Assembly: GCA_900128565.1 (NCBI GenBank)
Contig: LT635957.1
Location: 1-32,840 of the forward strand
Direction of reading: 5' to 3'
DNA: 32,840 bases
Source: Stramenopiles sp. TOSAG23-6
Lineage: Eukaryota
The position numbers were made by a program, and so were the translations under genes. Under the pieces are notes generated by a model that worked only from the letters and a program-made list of their open reading frames with translations, did not search any database and was not told the DNA's origin. Below are positions 27,301-32,840 of the stretch, in pieces. The stretch's first letter is position 1; the number at the start of each line of letters is the position of its first letter.

Positions 27301-28131
27301 TTATAACCACCATATTAACATAATAATTAAAGTATACAATGACAATGATGTAAACGAAAGCACAAAAACATTAAAGCAAAACAAATTATTGCAACCTATT
27401 ACAGTACCAGTCCATGGACAGTAATGATCGATTTCTTCTATCTTATAATATGTGCAATATGTAAGCTATGAAACAAATGAATAAACTCTGTTGTACAAAG
27501 ACAAATAGTATCACTGTATTATACATAAAAAATACAGTGTTTGAGTTTCCGAGCAAAACAAAATCCTTCGCTCGGACATTGGCGGTCTAAATGAATCTGT
27601 CAGTGGATGCTGTCGCCAGTTTTCAGCTTGCGGTGCGGAATACCTGGGAAATATTCCAGGTGAGCGACAAGCAGTACACATGAGAGACACTCCGGTAAGA
27701 ATAACTAGAGGAATGGCAGGTATGTATAGCCCCCACGGTAAATTTGGCAGAGTAACCACAAATAATAGTATCGATGGTAGGATAAGAAGTACCGGCACAG
27801 TAATGAAGACGAGACATACCCAATCTGGACCAATAATACATCTTGGATACGGTTTTCCATCTTTTGTTTTGCTTTCCGAAAACATCCAGAATCGACCAAC
27901 AGGTTCGGGGCGACAACAGCGAAAACAGCAGAATACACACGGAGGTTTCGGTGACGACCGAGTTGGAACATAATTAAGTTGACCATTCTCAATTATGATG
28001 GGTACTCTTTTTACAATCCTTTCACCACTTTTATTTAGTGAGTTGTTTGTCGCGTCGTCTAACATATGTACTGATGAGCTATCCGGAGAGTTGCTCGCCC
28101 TTACAGGTTTAACTTTTGCCTGTAAGGACAT
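27301..28131 (-). CDS. DHHC-family protein S-acyltransferase (DHYC variant), two exons: 28131-27536 and 27442-27301
   Basis: Exon 1 has GPDW, two TM helices, PGIFPR and FRPP..FCSETQTL. Exon 2, translated by hand, reads IEEIDHYCPWTGTVIGCNNLFCFNVFVLSFTSLSLYTLIIMLIWWL*. Joining them restores the usual C-x10-DH spacing. Confidence 0.88.
27443..27535 (-). other. Putative non-canonical intron, 93 nt, GT...AA (CT|GTATTTT...ATTATAA|GATA)
   Basis: In-frame insert with TGA and TAG stops between homologous DHHC segments. No GT-AG pair keeps the frame open. Confidence 0.7.
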
Positions 28132-28523
28132 TTATCAAAGTGGCATCATATAGAGAGCTAATTTACCATAAGTGAACTTAACTGATCTCGTTAATTAAGG
28201 TAAGAAACAACTATTCATAAAATAACCACATCTGGTGCGTTTCATTGTATTTTTTCAACTTAATTCTCTTAGGAATTCGTCATCCGTTAACTTTTATTTA
28301 ACGGAAAAAAGAAAAAGATCAAGATGTATTCTCTTACTCTTACTATTCAATATATCACACAATCTTACAGAATCTTCTTTATATATAATAATATAAAATC
28401 AAAATATAAATAAAAAATGCGTGAATATCAAATATAACGTTTATTATTTTAAGATTTCCATTCATGACTGTTTTCGGAAAAGAAACACTGAAAGGGCTAT
28501 TTATTAGAATTAAACAGGGTAAA

Positions 28524-29546
28524 TTAAAAAAAGAAATCCGAATTTATATCGTGGTCCAATATTTTTTTGGAAGGGAATTCTTCCCCAGTCTCACCAGTTC
28601 TCAGCACATCGTGCTCTCGAGTACCGCGTTTCCGTGGTGTCACTACCCTGACAGCGTGTAGTGTACGCATTGCATTGAGCTGTTCAAAAGGAATATACTT
28701 TTTGTCCGTATAGTTAGAAGTTTTCTCAGAGCCTAAAGAAAAGCGTCTTGTATTGCGATGTTCAAAAGGAACATACTTTTTGTCTTTTAACTTTTTGAGG
28801 GAGTCTAAAGAAAAGCGTCTTGTATGTCTTACTAGTCCTTTTTTGGGCTTCGGAATAATTGCAACAACTTCTCCTGATGGTGTCGACTTTTTCTTTGTCA
28901 CTGCTTCAGACAATACTTTAGGTAATTTATATATCCTTTCAAAGGAAAATGTCATACCTTCTGGGACTCCATGACCATGTATATCAAGCCATTGTGCTAA
29001 TACCATTTCCAAGCAATCATAGTTAACTTTCTTTGTAGATGATTTTTCTTTATGGTGAAGAATGACTTCTCGAAGGATGTATGCATCGATATCTTTCAAG
29101 GGAACTTGCTTCGTAGAATACTTCACGTACGCAGATTTCGCTATTCGCTTTACATCAAACATTGCGTCATTTCGAGAAGTGCCACTGTGGCGAAGTAACG
29201 GAGAATCTCCAGTGTCATCCTGACTTTTGTTATGCTCTCTCAACCACTGAAGGAATGTTTCCGCGAGGACTTCATCAACGTTTTCTTCAGATAGATCTTC
29301 ATAAGGCAAAGTATTGACCTCCAAAGCTAAGTTCACCAATGTACTGACATTATTGTAGAAAGCTTCGATTGTTGAAATAGCACCCATGTATTCGAAGTTT
29401 TCAAATAGGAGTTGAGGTGTACAAATAATATGTTTCTGCTCTTTCATTTCAACTGAGAGTACTGAGCTAGGGGCCAGCAAAAAAGCAGCGTGTACAGCTG
29501 GGCTGTACATAACGTAGAATAAACACACAATAAAAATATACTTCAT
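28524..29546 (-). CDS. Hypothetical protein with a duplicated TRRFSL...DKKY.PFE motif; start uncertain
   Basis: 1-kb open frame. First ATG at 29546 (MKYIF), alternative ATG at 29510. The frame stays open to ~29630 after a ctatag, so it could be a terminal exon. No family recognised. Confidence 0.6.
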   Translation of the reverse strand: MKYIFIVCLFYVMYSPAVHAAFLLAPSSVLSVEMKEQKHIICTPQLLFENFEYMGAISTIEAFYNNVSTLVNLALEVNTLPYEDLSEENVDEVLAETFLQWLREHNKSQDDTGDSPLLRHSGTSRNDAMFDVKRIAKSAYVKYSTKQVPLKDIDAYILREVILHHKEKSSTKKVNYDCLEMVLAQWLDIHGHGVPEGMTFSFERIYKLPKVLSEAVTKKKSTPSGEVVAIIPKPKKGLVRHTRRFSLDSLKKLKDKKYVPFEHRNTRRFSLGSEKTSNYTDKKYIPFEQLNAMRTLHAVRVVTPRKRGTREHDVLRTGETGEEFPSKKILDHDINSDFFF

Positions 29547-29809
29547 CGATTTATCCGCCTTTATCGAATAGTGCACTTTGTTTTTCAATGGATTTCTTTC
29601 TCGACTTTTTTTTAACTGTGTCGTTAAAACCTATAGCTAGGCTGCGTTTAAATGAATTCAATAGTATAAAGACATAGCCTCCCCTGGGGGCTGTCCTTTA
29701 AAAAAATAGTAGCAAATTTGAAATTATTTGCCATCCCAAAAAAATTGGAATTTCGTGCGTCTGTTTTTTTTACAATAATCGTATCTTCCTATCTTTCGTT
29801 CCTCACGAG

Positions 29810-30509
29810 CAGGGCTGGCATCGGACGAAATCGGCCGGTTTCGTTCCATTATAATTTATAATGGCGTTCCATTCCATTACATTCCATTCCATGAGAGCGC
29901 CGGGGATTTCGTGTATAATGGAATGGAATGCCATTATAGATTTTCAGATTCCATTATAATGGAATGGAATGGAATGGGATTTTTTTGGAAAATTTATAAT
30001 GAGCCATTATAATATATAATGAAATCTCATTATATTATAATGAAATCTCATTATATTATAAGCCTCGTATTACCTAGGGTTAGGGTTTTCCCCTTTATTC
30101 CTTAAAAAAAAAGATCACATAAACAAGTGTAATTTCACTAATATTCAATATTTTTCTAAAGTAAATAGCAGTAAATGATCCCATGATTACATGCAATCTT
30201 CCTATAGCCTTCTTGTGTACACTATATTTGTGAAATTACATTTTATTTTGTTGCTGCCAATTTTTTTTTTTTTTTTTGGTTTTCGTAGTAAATTTTGTAC
30301 CTAACGATTTTAGCTAACGATTTAGAAAATTATTCCATTATAACGCAAAAAAAATTGGGTTATAATGGAATGGAATGCCATTATAGATTTTCAGATTCCA
30401 TTATAATGGAATGGAATGCCATTATAGATTTTCAGATTCCATTATAATGGAATGAAACTCCATTCCATTTTTTGATTTCGTGTTATAACGGCGTCCGATG
30501 CCAGCCCTG
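29810..30509. mobile_element. Non-autonomous hAT-superfamily DNA transposon (MITE), 700 bp
   Basis: Perfect 18-bp TIRs CAGGGCTGGCATCGGACG (29810-29827) and CGTCCGATGCCAGCCCTG (30492-30509). Perfect 8-bp TSD CTCACGAG at 29802-29809 and 30510-30517. CAG termini, subterminal repeats, no ORF. Confidence 0.95.
29914..30442 (+). repeat. Subterminal 41-bp unit TATAATGGAATGGAATGCCATTATAGATTTTCAGATTCCAT (29914-29954, 30361-30401, 30402-30442) and a 21-bp tandem pair (30015-30056)
   Basis: Exact copies read directly. Many GGAAT/ATTCC pentamers and CCATTATAATGG palindromes. Confidence 0.92.
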
Positions 30510-30655
30510 CTCACGAGTTGTTGTAGCAAAATCTAAAAAATCTAAATCCTTCCAAGTTTACATTACATTATTCTTAGATTTAGATAATTTTCGGATAGTA
30601 TTCAAACCTTTAGCATTCTGAACTATTTATATCTGCACCAAATTCAGATCCAGCA

Positions 30656-31831
30656 ATGAATGATTCAGAAATAACCGAGCGTAGCTCACAGTTAAATATT
30701 TGGTTAGATGAACTTTCAAAAACCCCAACAGCAAAGCTTTTGGGAATTAGCCCTGCTGAACGTGACGAATTATTACGATTACGAGACGAAAATAATTCTT
30801 TACAGATGAATCTTGAGTCAATTGAAGATGAAATTTCAAGAAAAGAAAAAGTATTGAGAGATACCAAAGTAAAAGCTGCTACAGGGAGAAAAGAGTTACA
30901 GTCTGATTTAGCTCCATTTGCTAGAGTCCTCCAAGACCTGGAGGTTGAAGAGCGAGTATTACGACACAAAGTTATAAAAGAGAATAAAGTTGCCGAGTTA
31001 AAGGAGTTTCTAGAGCGCCAGGAAGCATTACGAAAGGAGGAGGAGAAAATGAAAAGAAAGTTGGAAGAAGCAGAGGACGAGTTACAAGAACTGCGTGATT
31101 CCATTGCCAGTGTTGATCCTGGAAGTTTACTGCCAAATCAACTAAAAAATATTGCATTGTATATAAAATGGAAAAAACTGCTCGCAAAGAAGAATAAAAT
31201 GGAGAGAAAGAATCGTGAAGAATCGTACAAAAAGATGGAAATCGAAGAAGCCAAAGAGGAGTTGGACATTATCGTAAAAGAAATGGAGAAAAAGGCTGAA
31301 ATTTTGCAGATAGAAGCAAAAACTAAAGAACATGAAGATGCAATCAATGAATGTAACACAAGAATTGCAACAATGGAGATGGGTACTAAAATAGCTATGA
31401 GCGAAATGCAAAGTTTTGGTGAAGAATTTAAGAAAGTTAGTGCCGCAATTAAGAAAAGTAAAGAATTGAAAACAAAAGAGTTACATGATCTTTTACAACA
31501 TAAAAAAAAATTACAACAAGCGGAATCATGGTTTAATGAGCTAATGAAGAAGGAAGTAGATCAAATACGCAAACAAGTATCTGACAAATGGAAAATCATT
31601 CTCCAAGAGCAACAAGATAAAGCAGCGATCAAACTTGATGAAGAACGTCAATCTTTCAAATCTAAAATAGAGAATGCAAAACATGAGTTGGGTGTAAAAT
31701 ATTCAGGTGGGTTTGAAACACTTTTAAATGCAGCAAAAGAAAAATATTTAGTTGCCAAAACTGAAGCAGAACAATTACAACAGGAGGTTAATCATAAAAA
31801 AATACTTGTTGATCAAGCTGAAAAGGATATT
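30656..31831 (+). CDS. Long coiled-coil protein exon (E/K-rich)
   Basis: Heptad-like E/K/L-rich ORF. Coding character ends at ...EKDI|GTATGT (31832); the ORF-track tail VCFIFFQ... is intronic. The frame is open back to 30614 after tttag, so it may be an internal exon. Confidence 0.8.
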
Positions 31832-31925
31832 GTATGTTTTATTTTTTTTCAAATTCGTTTTTTTTTTCGTACGAAATTTTGTACCTAATGAATTTTTTGT
31901 TTTGAAATATTTTTCCAAAATACAT
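31832..31925 (+). other. Putative repeat-type intron, 94 nt, GTATGT...ATACAT|G; paralogous to 32742-32840
   Basis: Shares gtatgttttatttttttt, ttcgtacga.attttgtacctaa and tttgaaatatttttccaaaatacat with the copy 910 bp downstream. Confidence 0.65.
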
Positions 31926-32741
31926 GCGTTTCACCACAGGCTTAAATCAAATGGTGTTTCTCTGTCAACGGGTGAATGCACGTTTTCATCATGAATGTAT
32001 TACTTTATAGTTTTCTTTTTTCATAGTACATTTCGTACCTAACGATTTTTTTTTTTTTGTAAAATTCTTGTTTTTTTTCACAATACATGTGGTAATATTT
32101 TAGAAGCTGTAAATCTCACACTCAATATTTTTGATGTTTCCTATGTTGATCGAAATTTAGGTAGTAGTGGTATGACCATTCAACTACTCACAGCTTCAAA
32201 TGGAACATTTCGTGTTGACACAGACTTGAGTGATTTAACACATGCGCGCATGAAACGATCTGGTGTTGGATGTGATTGTATCTGTTTTGACTTGTACGGT
32301 ATTCACTTACATTTCATTTTTTTGTTTTTTTTGTTTTTTTTTGTTAGGTACAAATTTTACTATGAAAAAAATATTTCAAAAATATTTTTGAATTTGTATT
32401 CACTTATTTCATTTTTTTTTTCATCGTACATTTTCATAAAAACAAATTTTATATCTAACGATGTTTTTCAAAAATATAACATATTTTTCTACAATATTAA
32501 CGTCCTTCCCACCCAGTACCTTTATTTATTTTTAATCCAAAGAATACAAAATCTAAAATAGACAGTAAATCTTCAGAGCATTCTTCAAGTCGGTCGCGAC
32601 GAACTCATAATCGGACTCACTCTCGTTCAACATTTCGATATACTAAAAATAATACTAAAATATCTAAAACGTCTAAAAATAATCGAAACCCCAACCCTAA
32701 TTATAAACATACTCAAAGATACGAAGAATCATTTGGTGCAT
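31926..32741 (+). CDS. DEPDC5: DEPDC5/Iml1 (GATOR1 subunit) homologue, SABA/vWA-like domain exons 31926-31992, 32089-~32293 and ~32500-32741; partial
   Basis: Hand translation GECTFSS|CGNILEAVNLTLNIFDVSYVDRNLGSSGMTIQLLTASNGTFRVDTDLSDLTHARMKRSGVGCDCICFDL|RPSHPVPLFIF is colinear with the DEPDC5 segment as I recall it ([28 protein letters not shown]...GVFEVD..L..LTKQRMIDNGIGVDLVC...PLHAVPLF). Confidence 0.85.
31993..32088 (+). other. Putative non-canonical intron, 96 nt, GAATGT...ATACAT|G (alternative: 92 nt GT...AT from 31997)
   Basis: In-frame TAA at 32040-32042, then no AG before the conserved GNILEA at 32091. Flanked by the direct repeat CATG (31990-31993 and 32086-32089). Confidence 0.7.
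32294..32499 (+). other. Putative non-canonical intron(s), ~203-206 nt, exact borders ambiguous
   Basis: Separates CICFDL from RPSHPVPLF. In-frame TAA at 32498-32500, and the nearest AG (32515-32516) lies inside the conserved PxHxVPLF motif. Confidence 0.6.
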
Positions 32742-32840
32742 GTATGTTTTATTTTTTTTTTGTATGAATTTTTTTTCGTACGACATTTTGTACCTAACAA
32801 AAATTAAATTTTTTTTTTGAAATATTTTTCCAAAATACAT
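32742..32840 (+). other. Putative repeat-type intron, 99 nt to the window edge, GTATGT...ATACAT
   Basis: Begins with GTATGT where the open DEPDC5 exon loses coding character. Paralogous to 31832-31925. Confidence 0.6.

Noticed and set aside
27443-27535. Stop-codon readthrough or an alternative genetic code for the in-frame inserts
   Set aside because: The long genes end normally at TAA/TAG, the inserts disrupt conserved motif spacing, and not all inserts are multiples of three.
29866-29980. (GGAAT)n as human satellite III contamination or a centromere
   Set aside because: Short runs confined within the TIR-bounded element.
31752-31994. 80-aa ORF (and the 129-aa ORF at 32172-32561) as standalone genes
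   Set aside because: Each mixes a real exon with Phe-rich translated intron. YLLIKLKRILY resembles DEPDC5 but overlaps the coiled-coil frame and lacks the upstream DFY.VV motif, so it is probably chance.
31991-32086. U12-type AT-AC intron reading obtained by sliding within the CATG repeat
   Set aside because: Lacks the U12 donor ATATCCTT and the TCCTTAAC branch site, and the DHHC intron cannot be read as AT-AC.
32686-32700. Telomere-like aaaccccaaccctaa
   Set aside because: Lies within an open exon encoding NPNPN.
30282-32798. 24-nt motif copies as a CRISPR array
   Set aside because: Irregular spacing, mixed orientation, degenerate copies, eukaryotic context and no cas genes.

Overview
AT-rich, gene-dense eukaryotic DNA from a flagellated protist; a stramenopile-like origin is my inference. 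Left to right: (1) the 3' part of a giant intronless type-I membrane protein (>3,760 aa, runs off the left edge) with 29+ Ig-like repeats; (2) a LYR-motif + PB1 fusion gene; (3) an intronless cytoplasmic dynein-2 heavy chain; (4) a bacterial-looking tandem-domain + NTF2-like protein; (5) a DHHC-type (DHYC) palmitoyltransferase; (6) a hypothetical protein; (7) a 700-bp non-autonomous hAT element with perfect 18-bp TIRs and an 8-bp TSD; (8) a coiled-coil gene; (9) a DEPDC5/Iml1 (GATOR1) homologue missed by the ORF track because it is split into small exons. The main discovery: the homology-anchored interruptions in the DHHC and DEPDC5 genes cannot be removed as GT-AG introns without a frameshift, a stop or loss of conserved residues. 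They are mostly 93-99 nt long, start GTAT/GAATGT and end TAA|G or CAT|G instead of YAG. Several share a 24-nt motif also found in the hAT element. This suggests a non-canonical, possibly transposon-derived intron system with a relaxed 3' splice site. It needs RNA evidence.
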